Shown: one piece after another, positions 1 through 9,872 of the stretch | Layout: each line of letters begins with the position of its first letter | How positions within the stretch are numbered: the stretch's first letter is position 1 | Assembly (NCBI GenBank): GCA_964648855.1 | Contig: CAZYLT010000004.1 | Coordinates: 79,532 to 111,531, forward strand | Length of the DNA: 32,000 bases | From: an uncultured archaeon | GTDB taxonomy: Archaea; Asgardarchaeota; Thorarchaeia; Thorarchaeales; Thorarchaeaceae | Reading direction: 5' to 3' | Position numbers and translations under genes: made by a program | The notes under the pieces: model-generated | Database searches by the model: none | What the model saw: only the letters and a program-made list of their open reading frames with translations | What the model was told of the DNA's origin: nothing

Positions 1-2
1 GA

Positions 3-1805
3 ATTGACGAGGGCTTAATAAGAATCAGAATTGTCAACTATCCCGAACACGTTTCATTACGTTCCATTCGCTCTCGACATATAGGAAAACTCATACACAT
101 CAGTGGTATTATGATGCGAGCCAGTGAGGTCAAGCCTCTACTGGTTCATGCAACCTTTCGCTGTAGGAGATGCGGTGAGGAAGTTTCATTATCCCAAGAA
201 GATGGAAGATACATAGAACCTGATCAATGTCCTGTCTGTGGGAAAAAGACTCCAGTAAGATTGGTTCCAGAAAAGTCACAATTCCGTGACTGGCAGAAAG
301 TACGAATACAAGAGTCTCCCGAAGAATTGCCCCCTGGTCAAATGCCACGGTCCGTTGATGTTATCCTAGAAGGAGACATTGTTGATATTTCTCGACCTGG
401 TGACCTTGTCAAAATTACTGGTATTCTCATGACCGCCCCTGACTTCTCAAGGAGAAGAGGCAGATTGGCGACGTTTAGCGTTTTCATTGAAGCTAATGGG
501 GTTGAAATAGCAGAAAAAGAATATGAGCAATTGGAATTATCCGAACATGACGAAAAGCAAATTCAGGAACTTGCAGAAGATCCTTACGTACACGAACGAA
601 TTGTTGCATCTATTGCACCCTCCATCAAGGGTCATGATGATATAAAGGAGTCAATTGCTTTGCTCCTCTTTGGGGGAGTAGCAAAAACACTTCCAGACGG
701 CACACGATTGAGAGGCAAATCCAATATTCTAATGATTGGAGACCCAGGCACCGGAAAGAGCCAGATATTGAAGTTTGTTTCAAAATTGGCATCTAGAAGT
801 CTTTACACATCCGGTAAGGGTACGACAGCGGCAGGATTGACTGCAGCAGTTGTTCATGATACAGATAGCGGCGCTATGACATTGGAGGCCGGAGCATTGG
901 TTCTTGCCGACCAAGGAATCGCATGTATCGATGAATTTGACAAGATGGATCCAAACGATCGAACAGCCATTCATGAAGCAATGGAGCAGCATACCGTGAG
1001 CATTGCAAAAGCAGGTATTGTGGCAACATTAAATGCAAGAACATCCATCCTTGCCGCTGCAAACCCCAGTCTGGGTCGATATGAACCATCTGCATCAGTT
1101 CAGGATAACATAAAGCTGCCATTCACTATTCTTTCTCGATTCGACTTGATGTGGATACTTGTTGATACAGTTGAGGCAACAAAGGATCGTGAACTCGCTC
1201 AATTCATATTAGGGATGCATAGAATGAAGCGGAGCGAAACGGACACCAAGACTCCTCCAATACCACCAAGTTTCTTGAAGAAATACATTGGATACGCTCA
1301 TAGGTATGTGCTCCCGCAGCTTACAGTAGAAGCTGCTGAAGTCATAGAGAATTTCTATGTAGACCTTAGAAAGACGGCCGAAGGGGGTGCAGCTCCCGTT
1401 CCTATTACGGCTCGCCAGTTGGAGGCACTTGTTCGTCTTTCAGAGGCAAGAGCTCGAATGGCGTTGAGGTCTAAGGTAAGCAAAGAGGATGCCCAAGCCT
1501 CCGTGAGACTCATGGAAGAATCCCTGAAAATGGTTGCACTTGACCGTATCACAGGAAAAATCGATATAGACCGAATGGTATCTAAGATGAGTGCAGCACA
1601 AAGGAGTTCATCCGATACTATATTGAAGGTAATGAGAGATATGGAGTCGGAGGGCATATCTACTATCAGTGAAGAGGAATTAATCCGACGCGTAGAGCCT
1701 ATGGGTCTCTCAAAGGAAAGGGCAGAAGAAGTAATCAGGAAACTTGTCGCAGAGGGGATCTTGTTTAGTCCCAAACATGGTAAGTTAAAACGGGCCCAAA
1801 GTTAA
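3..1805 (+). CDS. mcm: MCM replicative helicase (5'-truncated by window edge)
   Basis: Frame is open from position 3 (IDEGLIRIRIVNYP...RSRHIGKLIHISG). Zn finger CRRC/CPVC, Walker A GDPGTGKSQ, Walker B CIDEFDKM, AAANP, arginine finger LSRFDL, ITARQLE and a C-terminal winged helix are present. No intein. Confidence 0.98.
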   Translation: MDEGLIRIRIVNYPEHVSLRSIRSRHIGKLIHISGIMMRASEVKPLLVHATFRCRRCGEEVSLSQEDGRYIEPDQCPVCGKKTPVRLVPEKSQFRDWQKVRIQESPEELPPGQMPRSVDVILEGDIVDISRPGDLVKITGILMTAPDFSRRRGRLATFSVFIEANGVEIAEKEYEQLELSEHDEKQIQELAEDPYVHERIVASIAPSIKGHDDIKESIALLLFGGVAKTLPDGTRLRGKSNILMIGDPGTGKSQILKFVSKLASRSLYTSGKGTTAAGLTAAVVHDTDSGAMTLEAGALVLADQGIACIDEFDKMDPNDRTAIHEAMEQHTVSIAKAGIVATLNARTSILAAANPSLGRYEPSASVQDNIKLPFTILSRFDLMWILVDTVEATKDRELAQFILGMHRMKRSETDTKTPPIPPSFLKKYIGYAHRYVLPQLTVEAAEVIENFYVDLRKTAEGGAAPVPITARQLEALVRLSEARARMALRSKVSKEDAQASVRLMEESLKMVALDRITGKIDIDRMVSKMSAAQRSSSDTILKVMRDMESEGISTISEEELIRRVEPMGLSKERAEEVIRKLVAEGILFSPKHGKLKRAQS

Positions 1806-1820
1806 AACTCGCGCTCTTTC

Positions 1821-4061
1821 ATGGGGTTGAAAGAAACGAATATAGATGAGCTACCAATCAATCAAAGAGTTATTGATCTAGTCAAAGGTAGGGGAATAGT
1901 CAAACTTTTTCCCCCTCAAGAAATGGCATTCAATACAAAGCTACTCAAGGGAGGAAATCTTGTTCTCGCATTCCCAACTAGCTCAGGTAAGACATTAGTG
2001 GCCGAGATTGCGATGCTAAAATCAATTCTAGACGGCCGGGGCAAAGCCCTGTATCTAGTTCCTCTTCGTGCTCTGGCCCATGAGAAATACGCCGATTTCA
2101 AGAAATATGAAAAGATAGGGATAACTGTTGCACTATCAGTAGGTGATTACGACTCATCAGGCACTGGATTAAAGGAAGCAGACATTGTCATTATGACTAC
2201 TGAAAAAGCGGATTCGATTATTCGCCATAGTGTTGATTGGCTTGAAAGAATTGGGATAGTGGTTGCGGATGAAATTCATTTAGTCAACGATATTTCCCGA
2301 GGGCCCACCCTTGAGATGGTGATAGCAAAATTGAATCGCCTTTTGAGTGATATACAGGTACTTGCACTAAGCGCAACAATTTCCAACGCAGATGAGATAG
2401 CTAGTTGGCTTGACGCCGAATTAGTGAAGAGTGCTTGGCGACCCATTCCCTTGACTGAGGGGGTCTTTCTTGATGGAGAAATCATATTCGAGGATAACAC
2501 ATCCCGTGCTATACGCATGAGGAGAAAAGAAGACATTGCAGACATAGTCTGTGACATTCTTGAAGAGAATGGGCAGGTATTAGTATTTGTATCATCGCGT
2601 AGATCTACAGTTTCTTTGAGCAAGCGAATTGCATCATCTATACGACCCTATTTGACGTCTCAAGATATGAATGAATTACATCGTGTATCCAGAAGCCTGG
2701 TGTCAAGTGTCAATGTACCCGAATCGACCAAGATTCTCTCCACAGTCCTGAGAAAAGGTTCTGCATTCCATCATGCTGGTCTTAAAAACCGAGAGCGTAG
2801 CATAATCGAATCCTGTTTCAGGAATAATACTCTCAAAGTCATTATTGCAACTCCCACGCTAGCAGCTGGTGTGAATCTCCCCGCCAGACGCGTAATCATC
2901 CGCGATTATCGTAGGTTCGAACGTGGGAGGGGAAGCTATCCAATTCCCATACTCGAATACAAACAAATGGCTGGTCGTGCCGGGCGGCCCGCATATGATG
3001 AATACGGCGAGGCAATACTTGTCGCTCGAAGTGAACAAGAAAAAGAATTCTTACTGGAAAACTACGTATTATCCGAAACTGAGGCGATAACATCAAAATT
3101 GGCCTCACCCAAGGCCCTGCGATTTCATCTTCTGTCTACAATTGCCGCTGGAATAACTCGGACCCGTGAGAGAATAGACAATCTGATAGAAGGGACATTT
3201 TATTCGCATCAATTCGAGAAATGGGAAATTGACCACCATATCACTTCCGTCATAACTTTCTTAGAAGATGGTGGACTAATTAGAAACGGTAAAGGCGAAG
3301 ATCTCGTTGCCACCCCATTAGGCGAAAGAACATCCCGGCTCTACATTGATCCCTACTCAGCTATTCTGCTAAGAGATACTCTAGGTGAAAGCAAAGAAAT
3401 CACTGAGATTGGATTGCTACATCTCATTTGTCACACTCCTGACCAACCTACATCGTATGTAACAAGATCAGAGTTTGAGGATTACGAGATCATGGCCGCC
3501 GACTATCTTCCTGACTTGAGTATCCCTCTTCCTGATAGTTGGGAGGACCCAGAGTCATATACTCATTATCTTGCAGAACTAAAAACCGCTAGATTGCTTC
3601 AAGATTGGATTGATGAGAATAGCGAGAGAGAGATAACCGAGAATTACAATGTGGGTATGGGTGATGTGCATAGATACGTACGTTCGGCTGAATGGCTATT
3701 ATACTCCACATCTGAAATATGTCGAGTAGCTGCAATTAACCACCATATTCCACTCATTCATAAGCTGCACTCAAGAATAAGACATGGTGTAAAAGAGGAA
3801 TTGCTAGAACTCGTTGGGCTAAAGGGTATAGGCAGAGTTCGTGCTAGGATGCTGCATAATAATGGCCTACGCAATTTGTCAGACTTGTATAAAGCTGATA
3901 TACAGACGATAGGACGGGTTCCAGCAATAGGAACTGGAATTGCTAGGTCAATTAAGAAACAGCTTGGATTTGATGTGGGGGAAAGTAAGGCAGAAATCGC
4001 ATCAGAAAATGAAACCTTATTGGATGAATCAATGCAGACGCTTCTAGAAGACTTCGAATAG
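1821..4061 (+). CDS. hel308: Ski2-like DNA helicase Hel308/Hjm
   Basis: Q motif LFPPQ, PTSSGKT, DEIH, SAT, FHHAGL, TPTLAAGVNLPA, QMAGRAGRP and C-terminal HhH motifs (GIGRVRAR); 746 aa. Confidence 0.96.
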   Translation: MGLKETNIDELPINQRVIDLVKGRGIVKLFPPQEMAFNTKLLKGGNLVLAFPTSSGKTLVAEIAMLKSILDGRGKALYLVPLRALAHEKYADFKKYEKIGITVALSVGDYDSSGTGLKEADIVIMTTEKADSIIRHSVDWLERIGIVVADEIHLVNDISRGPTLEMVIAKLNRLLSDIQVLALSATISNADEIASWLDAELVKSAWRPIPLTEGVFLDGEIIFEDNTSRAIRMRRKEDIADIVCDILEENGQVLVFVSSRRSTVSLSKRIASSIRPYLTSQDMNELHRVSRSLVSSVNVPESTKILSTVLRKGSAFHHAGLKNRERSIIESCFRNNTLKVIIATPTLAAGVNLPARRVIIRDYRRFERGRGSYPIPILEYKQMAGRAGRPAYDEYGEAILVARSEQEKEFLLENYVLSETEAITSKLASPKALRFHLLSTIAAGITRTRERIDNLIEGTFYSHQFEKWEIDHHITSVITFLEDGGLIRNGKGEDLVATPLGERTSRLYIDPYSAILLRDTLGESKEITEIGLLHLICHTPDQPTSYVTRSEFEDYEIMAADYLPDLSIPLPDSWEDPESYTHYLAELKTARLLQDWIDENSEREITENYNVGMGDVHRYVRSAEWLLYSTSEICRVAAINHHIPLIHKLHSRIRHGVKEELLELVGLKGIGRVRARMLHNNGLRNLSDLYKADIQTIGRVPAIGTGIARSIKKQLGFDVGESKAEIASENETLLDESMQTLLEDFE

Positions 4062-4080
4062 GAGTATCCTCGGCAACAAC

Positions 4081-5121
4081 TCACCAATAATCTTCTACAC
4101 TTTCTATTAGTTGCCTAGTTTTTTCTACACATACAGTGTTATCTTCCATGACATCTCTATATTTTGTCCTTGGCACTCCAGTAAGCACCTCAACAAGATT
4201 CACAGACGCCTGCCCCATGATGTTAAGATCATAGCCTCCCTCTAAGAAGAAAGCAATCTTGCCTTCACATTGGTCCTTTGCTATCTCATTTAGTGAATTA
4301 TTCAGTTTCGCAATACCTGAAGTGGTTAGTGATAAGGAAGTCAAACGGTCCCTAAAATGGCAGTCAAAGCCTGCAGAGATTAAAATAAATTCGGGAGCAA
4401 AATCATCCGCCAAAAATCTGATTATTTTCCGAAAGAGAAGATTATAAGAAGTATCACCACAACCGGGATACATGGGCAGATTAACGTTATATCCCTCGCC
4501 TTCACCTTCTCCTCTCTCGTGAACAAAACCTGTACCTGGAAAGAGCGTCCTTCCATCCTGATGTATACCAACATAGAACACTTCCTTTTCAGAATAGAAG
4601 GCGTTTTGAGTTCCGTTCCCATGATGCGCATCATAATCTATGATGAGTACCCGATTCAACCCCCGCCGAGAAACCAGATGTCTTGCAGCAACTGCGACAT
4701 TATTAATGAAACAGAATCCTAGAGCTTTGTCATACTCTGCATGATGACCTGGTGGCCTACATAGTATGAACGAATTTCTGGCATCTCCGTCAAGAATCCG
4801 GTCTACTGTTTGAATGCCTCCTCCAGCTGCGCACATGGCTGCGTCGAATGTATATTCATTCACAGATGTGTCTAATGTGAAATACCCGCCTCCAGATTCA
4901 GATCTTCTTTTCACTTCTTCGAGATATTTTCCAGAGTGAACCGTCCTAACTTCATCAGGATGCGCTGCCCGGGGATGCAGCATATTGACCCCTCCCGAAT
5001 CCAGCATATCGGATTTCTTGATGGCATCCAATGCTGCATGTAACCGCTTAGGAGACTCCGGATGTCCTGGCGAGAGCACATGTTTCATAAAGAGCTCGTG
5101 AAAGACAAGGTCTGTGTTCAT
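4081..5121 (-). CDS. Zn-dependent histone deacetylase-family (HDAC/AcuC) amidohydrolase
   Basis: HPESPKR, RPPGHHA, GFCFINN, DYDAHHGNGTQ, SAGFD and LEGGY motifs are all intact. Confidence 0.95.
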   Translation of the reverse strand: MNTDLVFHELFMKHVLSPGHPESPKRLHAALDAIKKSDMLDSGGVNMLHPRAAHPDEVRTVHSGKYLEEVKRRSESGGGYFTLDTSVNEYTFDAAMCAAGGGIQTVDRILDGDARNSFILCRPPGHHAEYDKALGFCFINNVAVAARHLVSRRGLNRVLIIDYDAHHGNGTQNAFYSEKEVFYVGIHQDGRTLFPGTGFVHERGEGEGEGYNVNLPMYPGCGDTSYNLLFRKIIRFLADDFAPEFILISAGFDCHFRDRLTSLSLTTSGIAKLNNSLNEIAKDQCEGKIAFFLEGGYDLNIMGQASVNLVEVLTGVPRTKYRDVMEDNTVCVEKTRQLIESVEDYW

Positions 5122-5283
5122 AGAATTGCGCCATCAAGTCATAAACCACTATCCGATATATCTCTCACCATCCAAATCTTTCGACTGACAACCCCATCAA
5201 CCGATACTTGCTGGGTGGTAATGTTTATCTTTGACACAGCAATCGACTACAAATACGAGATACATCCAATTTGGAATAAATCA

Positions 5284-5393
5284 GGGTCGGTAGTCTAGCT
5301 TGGTATGATTCTTGCTTGGGGCGGCTTTTGGTGAATTTGCCTCAAGTCACAGACTGCAAGAGATCGGGCGTTCAAGTCGCCCCCGGCCCACCA
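5284..5393 (+). tRNA. tRNA-Pro(GGG) with 33-nt intron at 37/38 (5322-5354), encoded CCA
   Basis: Acceptor GGGTCGG/CCGGCCC, anticodon stem CTTGC/GCAAG with loop TT-GGG-G|T, T arm GGGCG-TTCAAGT-CGCCC, 3' ACCA. The intron forms a relaxed bulge-helix-bulge with outer helix GGCTT/AAGTC. Confidence 0.93.
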
Positions 5394-5404
5394 AATGGCT
5401 CATT

Positions 5405-5968
5405 TTATGCCTCTATTTGCCAAAGAGTTTCGTATATCGGACCAGAGGAGGTCAATGTGCTTTTTGTCATACTGATTTTGCTAACAGTCATTTTTCCAAC
5501 TTCCTGATTTTCGATAGTTTGAATATTCTCTTGAAGACCTGCCTTATCATGAATTGCCCTGACTCGTGCTATGGTTGCATGTGGGATGAATGTTCTTCTC
5601 TCTTTTGCATATCCAATCGTTGCAAGTAAATTGTCTGTCTGATTCTTCAATCCTCTCATTTCGTCGATATCATCCAAAACCCCAACCCATATGACACGAG
5701 GCCTTCTGATATTGGGAAATGTTCCTACACCACCAATGATAATGTCGAAGGGCTCGAAATCGATTTCTGAGAGTTTTTCTTTAATTTGCTCAATTCTCTT
5801 TATCTTTGTATCTCCAAAAAACCTCCACGTGAAATGGATATTCTCTCTCTCTACAAGCTTCATTTTCGCAGTGTTTTGGTCTAATTTACGTTGTAATCCG
5901 ACGATTTCGTTGAGGAGCTTATCTTCATTGATATCAATGCTTAGAAATGCTCTGATTTTGTCAGACAC
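5405..5968 (-). CDS. thpR: RNA 2',3'-cyclic phosphodiesterase / 2'-5' RNA ligase family (2H phosphoesterase)
   Basis: N-terminal RAFLSI, two HxT motifs (HFTW, HATI), RPRVIWVG, STLTSSGPIY; GTG start. Confidence 0.93.
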   Translation of the reverse strand: MSDKIRAFLSIDINEDKLLNEIVGLQRKLDQNTAKMKLVERENIHFTWRFFGDTKIKRIEQIKEKLSEIDFEPFDIIIGGVGTFPNIRRPRVIWVGVLDDIDEMRGLKNQTDNLLATIGYAKERRTFIPHATIARVRAIHDKAGLQENIQTIENQEVGKMTVSKISMTKSTLTSSGPIYETLWQIEA

Positions 5969-6196
5969 GGTATTGACCCAGATATCAGATTGAATACCAC
6001 CTCATTAGATTGGTGGTGTGTTCTCCAGATATTTCATTGTTATCGAGCCATTTTTCAAGGGTACCCTACACACGATTATTTAGATAGGGAATGGTATATC
6101 AGAAACTGTAAACAATGAAGCGCTCGCCAACCATACAAATTATCGTTAATCATTCGCTAAGTTTCGACCGAATACTCGAAAAACGGTGGAAAGAAC

Positions 6197-6736
6197 ATGA
6201 AGATCATCATCATCACAGGCATGCCTGGTGCAGGGAAATCAGAAGTGGCTAAACAATTCAAACAAAATGAAGTGCCCATAATTGTCATGGGGGATGTAAT
6301 CAGGAATGAGGTAAAGAGAAGAGAAATGAAAGCCACTCCCGAAAATACCAAGAAAGTCATGTTGGAACTAAGAGCAGTAGATGGGCCTGCTGCTGTTGCA
6401 GAGAGATGCATAAATCAATTGGAAAAAATCGGCTCTGATACTGCAATCATCGAGGGTTGCCGAAGCATCTCTGAGATGAATCGCTTTCGTGAATTCTCCG
6501 ATGATCTCATAGCAATTGCTGTTCATTCCTCCCCCAAAACACGATATGATCGGCTGCGATCTCGGAATAGAAAGGATGCCCCTACGGAATGGGAAGTCTT
6601 TCGAGAACGCGATTTGAGGGAAATATCAGTTGGCCTCGGAGGCGTAATTGCATTGAGTGATTTCATGATTGTTAATGAGAGCTCTATTGAAGAACTTAGA
6701 CAGAATACGTGGAAGGTTATGGAGTCTGTGCTATGA
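6197..6736 (+). CDS. P-loop kinase, UPF0200 / dephospho-CoA kinase-like family
   Basis: ITGMPGAGKS P-loop, MGDVIR, IEGCRS, RLRSRNRKD...RDLRE; typical partner of UPF0201. Confidence 0.85.
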   Translation: MKIIIITGMPGAGKSEVAKQFKQNEVPIIVMGDVIRNEVKRREMKATPENTKKVMLELRAVDGPAAVAERCINQLEKIGSDTAIIEGCRSISEMNRFREFSDDLIAIAVHSSPKTRYDRLRSRNRKDAPTEWEVFRERDLREISVGLGGVIALSDFMIVNESSIEELRQNTWKVMESVL

Positions 6737-6737
6737 G

Positions 6738-7163
6738 ATGGAAATAACAATCAGGGCCCCTGTTAATCCTACAGAAGACAAAAATAGCGTGCTAGATGCC
6801 TTATCCTATTTCTGGATGACCAAAAACTTCGAACAGATAGGGGACGGAAATAGAACGATTATCTCCCTAACTACTACTAATCGAAAATCTTTGGGTTCTC
6901 TTCGACAAACAATTCATGATTATAGAATTATTGATACTGTGAAGAAGCTATTACGAAACAACTGGACCGGAACCATGACCATGTTTGTATTAGACAAACA
7001 AGCTGCTTATGCAGGGAAACTTAAGGTAATAGATGATACTGAATATACACCACCATTAGGCGGAATCGAGGTAATTATTAAATTCGAAACTAACCATGAG
7101 TATGAGAATTTTCTTAACTGGTTTGTTCCGCACACCGTAAAAGGTGAAATAGTAGATAACTAG
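6738..7163 (+). CDS. UPF0201 family (RNA-binding fold) protein
   Basis: ATG at 6738, just after the upstream stop; VNPTED, LDKQAAYAG and PLGGI motifs. Confidence 0.85.
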   Translation: MEITIRAPVNPTEDKNSVLDALSYFWMTKNFEQIGDGNRTIISLTTTNRKSLGSLRQTIHDYRIIDTVKKLLRNNWTGTMTMFVLDKQAAYAGKLKVIDDTEYTPPLGGIEVIIKFETNHEYENFLNWFVPHTVKGEIVDN

Positions 7164-8182
7164 AACTCGACGCAAATAATCTCTCTGATCAGACTCTTAT
7201 GAACACGACTTTTCACATGATATCTAATGTCAAGTCCCATGTTTGTAACTAATTCTGAAACACCCATCTGTGAGCTTGCACAAATGCAAAGGGAACTCTT
7301 AACGACTTTCTCGTCCAAAACGACTTTCAAAAAATCCTTCACCAGTCTTATCGCTTCTACCCCCTTTGTTGAACTGGTTCTTCCATAGGGCGGGTCAGTG
7401 ACTACATTGTCACAAGAACCGATAGATAATCGTCGTGCATCAGCCTGTACAAAGCTACAATTTTCCCTCTTTAGCTTCTCCAGATTTTGGCGAGCTCCTA
7501 TTAACAGAGTCCAGTTCCTATCGACCCCCACCACAGAATGGGCGAGACCCGCTGCTTCTGAAAGAATTCCTCCTGCCCCACAGAATGGGTCGACGACTAA
7601 AGACCTTCTATCTATCTTTGCAATATTACACATTACTCGAGCAAGAGAAGCATTCATTATGCTCGGGTGGAAAAAGGCTCTATTTCGAGGCTTTTGCTCT
7701 TGCATCGATTCTCTTGCAATGGATTTTTCAGAAGCAGCTAGAACATGACGTTGTTCATCAGTAATTACAAGAAACCTAACATCAGGGTTCTCCAATGATA
7801 CCGCAGCGCCAGTTTGCTGCTCAATTACCTTTCCTATCTCTTTTTCAGTGGCTCGACTGCTGATTCCTTGCTCTTCTCCAATGTTTCGAACACGAACACT
7901 GAATGTCTGTTCTCTAGAAATATATCCATTGAGGATATCCTTTGAAATAGAAGCACCTAATGCACTTCCATTAGAAGACTCTTGAATTATGCAACCTGTT
8001 TCCCTAACAAGGGCTGCGCGATTTCTGATGAATTGGATTGGATTACAACTAGAATCAAAGGTAACAAAACGCCTGACCGGAATCCTACTAGCATCTTCGT
8101 CTATGTAATCCAACAAGGCCTGGAGTTCAACACTGGCCAAATTCAAGTCATTTCCGAATAGAATTGCAAAATATTCCTGCAA
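7160..8182 (-). CDS. trm11: THUMP-domain tRNA m2G10 methyltransferase (Trm11/TrmG10)
   Basis: THUMP-like TFSVRV...VSLENPD, FFHPSIM, SAM-binding DPFCGAGG, catalytic TDPPYG, RVHKSL; TTG start. Confidence 0.88.
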   Translation of the reverse strand: MQEYFAILFGNDLNLASVELQALLDYIDEDASRIPVRRFVTFDSSCNPIQFIRNRAALVRETGCIIQESSNGSALGASISKDILNGYISREQTFSVRVRNIGEEQGISSRATEKEIGKVIEQQTGAAVSLENPDVRFLVITDEQRHVLAASEKSIARESMQEQKPRNRAFFHPSIMNASLARVMCNIAKIDRRSLVVDPFCGAGGILSEAAGLAHSVVGVDRNWTLLIGARQNLEKLKRENCSFVQADARRLSIGSCDNVVTDPPYGRTSSTKGVEAIRLVKDFLKVVLDEKVVKSSLCICASSQMGVSELVTNMGLDIRYHVKSRVHKSLIREIICVEF

Positions 8183-8185
8183 GTT

Positions 8186-8968
8186 TTATCCCATCTCGTA
8201 AAGATTATCCCCACCTAGGAAAATACGTTGGATCTCGCCATAAAGAATATCGAATCCAACCATATTTTGTCCTGAAACCGGAATGGGGGCTATCCCACTA
8301 CCCATGTGCTCAAGAAGATGCAATACAGACATGGAGTATTCTCGAATTAAACCATCGGCCGTTGCGTTCAGTGCCTCTTCCAGAAGAAACGGCTCTTCTG
8401 CCCATGTCATAATTTCCTCGACCTTTTCCTTGCTCAAAATGTCAGACTTGCTGATGACATTAAGCTGTGGTAACCCAAATCTAATACGAATGGAAAAGCC
8501 CAGAAGCATGGATGAAAGATAACCAGTTGGAACCCTTGCTATATTGGAATCGAGCAAATATAGCGAAACACTGGGATCATGTTTGCATAGACTTGAAACC
8601 AGTAGTGGTCCTGAGTTGCGATAAGCAAAAAGTTCCATCTGACCTGGGCAATCAACAATTACATAATCTCTCTCTAGGCTATCAATTTCTTCGCGTAAAT
8701 CACCAGTATATGAAACTCCCATATCTAATGAAGCAACCAAGGCTCCGTTGGGGCCCAATCCAAACTGCTGCATAATCTCGCCATAGTCTACATATTCCCT
8801 GATATCCACATCAGATGTGTAGGGTGGGTTCTCTACCCCGGGGTCCAGATTAACAACAGTGATACTCAATTCCATACTAGCAAGCCATTTTTCCAAGGCT
8901 CCTGCTAAAACTGATTTTCCTGAGCCTGCTGTTCCTACAAGATAAATGAAAAACATTTTTGGAACCAT
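8186..8968 (-). CDS. gpn: GPN-loop GTPase
   Basis: GTAGSGKS, NLDPG, signature GLGPNG, DCPGQME, SKSD. Confidence 0.95.
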   Translation of the reverse strand: MVPKMFFIYLVGTAGSGKSVLAGALEKWLASMELSITVVNLDPGVENPPYTSDVDIREYVDYGEIMQQFGLGPNGALVASLDMGVSYTGDLREEIDSLERDYVIVDCPGQMELFAYRNSGPLLVSSLCKHDPSVSLYLLDSNIARVPTGYLSSMLLGFSIRIRFGLPQLNVISKSDILSKEKVEEIMTWAEEPFLLEEALNATADGLIREYSMSVLHLLEHMGSGIAPIPVSGQNMVGFDILYGEIQRIFLGGDNLYEMG

Positions 8969-9041
8969 CTATTCGATTTCACCCAGCTCTTTCAGTTCTT
9001 CGGTAGGTACCGGGGTGCAATGAATTGGTCCTAAACAGCAT

Positions 9042-9057
9042 TTCGTCACGTGACGAA
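9042..9057. promoter_or_regulatory. Perfect 16-bp palindrome TTCGTCACGTGACGAA, putative operator
   Basis: Exactly self-complementary; lies in the divergent gpn/HTH-regulator intergenic region. Confidence 0.6.
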
Positions 9058-9112
9058 TTACAATAAAATCCATGCGAAAAGTCTTATCAAAGTCAAGAGA
9101 ACAGAAATACGT

Positions 9113-9856
9113 ATGGAACAGAGTGAAGCTCTAAACCGATTGGCCGAAACAATGGCTGGAGAAATATGTTTAGCCGAACATACTCCTGGTTCAGTTATGA
9201 AACGGTGGAGAGAACAGTTTCAAATATCACAGAAGGATTTGGCCAAGCATTTGGAAGTATCCCCGTCAGTAATTAGTGATTATGAAAGTGGGAGAAGAAA
9301 GTCACCTAGAGTTGATACCATAAAGCGATTTGTGGAGGGTCTAATTGAGATGGATGCTGCCAGCGGAGGCAGAATTGCCATGGCCCTCGAGAAATTAGTG
9401 GCACCTGAGATTTCATCCGATGCAATACTAGATAGTCGTGAGTTTGGAATTCCCGTTCCAGCTCGTTTCCTAGTTGAGGAATTGGAGTGCAAAGTCTTAA
9501 CTCATAAGAGCCTTCTTGACCGTGATGTGTATGGCTATACTGCTCTCGACAGCGTCAAAGCCATCGTATCATTGACTCCGCAACAATTGTTGAAACTATA
9601 TGGTGGTACGACACAAAGAATTGCAATATTGACACATGTCACTACGGGACGCTCACCCATGGTTGCAATAAAGGCCAGCCAAATTGGCACATCTATGGCT
9701 GTGAAACCAGCAGCGGTGATACTCCAAGGCGTGGAGGAACTCGATTTACTTGCTGTTAAAATCGCAGATAGTATACATGTCCCTCTATGTGTATCTGAAA
9801 TCAAATCAGCGGATAATCTCATCAAAAAACTTCGAGGATTTGAACCACAGATTTGA
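9113..9856 (+). CDS. XRE-family HTH transcriptional regulator (archaeal COG1709-like)
   Basis: MKRWRE...SQKDLA...SPSVISDYESGRRKSP HTH and C-terminal VTTGRSPMVAIK motif. ATG 9113 is preferred over the ORF-track GTG at 9050 because it lies about 25 nt after a BRE/TATA-like CGAAAAGTCTTATC. Confidence 0.88.
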   Translation: MEQSEALNRLAETMAGEICLAEHTPGSVMKRWREQFQISQKDLAKHLEVSPSVISDYESGRRKSPRVDTIKRFVEGLIEMDAASGGRIAMALEKLVAPEISSDAILDSREFGIPVPARFLVEELECKVLTHKSLLDRDVYGYTALDSVKAIVSLTPQQLLKLYGGTTQRIAILTHVTTGRSPMVAIKASQIGTSMAVKPAAVILQGVEELDLLAVKIADSIHVPLCVSEIKSADNLIKKLRGFEPQI

Positions 9857-9872
9857 GTATATTGGAGAGATC

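Noticed and set aside
3-4061. Inteins in MCM or Hel308
   Set aside because: Motif spacing and protein lengths are normal; no C/S...HN insertion.
5122-5283. Scattered CCATC(A/C)A words upstream of tRNA-Pro, and a hairpin at about 5995-6018
   Set aside because: Short and irregularly spaced; compatible with chance.
9750-9872. Long N-terminal extensions from the ORF track (also 6669, 9050, 22361, 24776, 26643)
   Set aside because: They overlap upstream genes or promoter sequence; family motifs begin at downstream ATGs.
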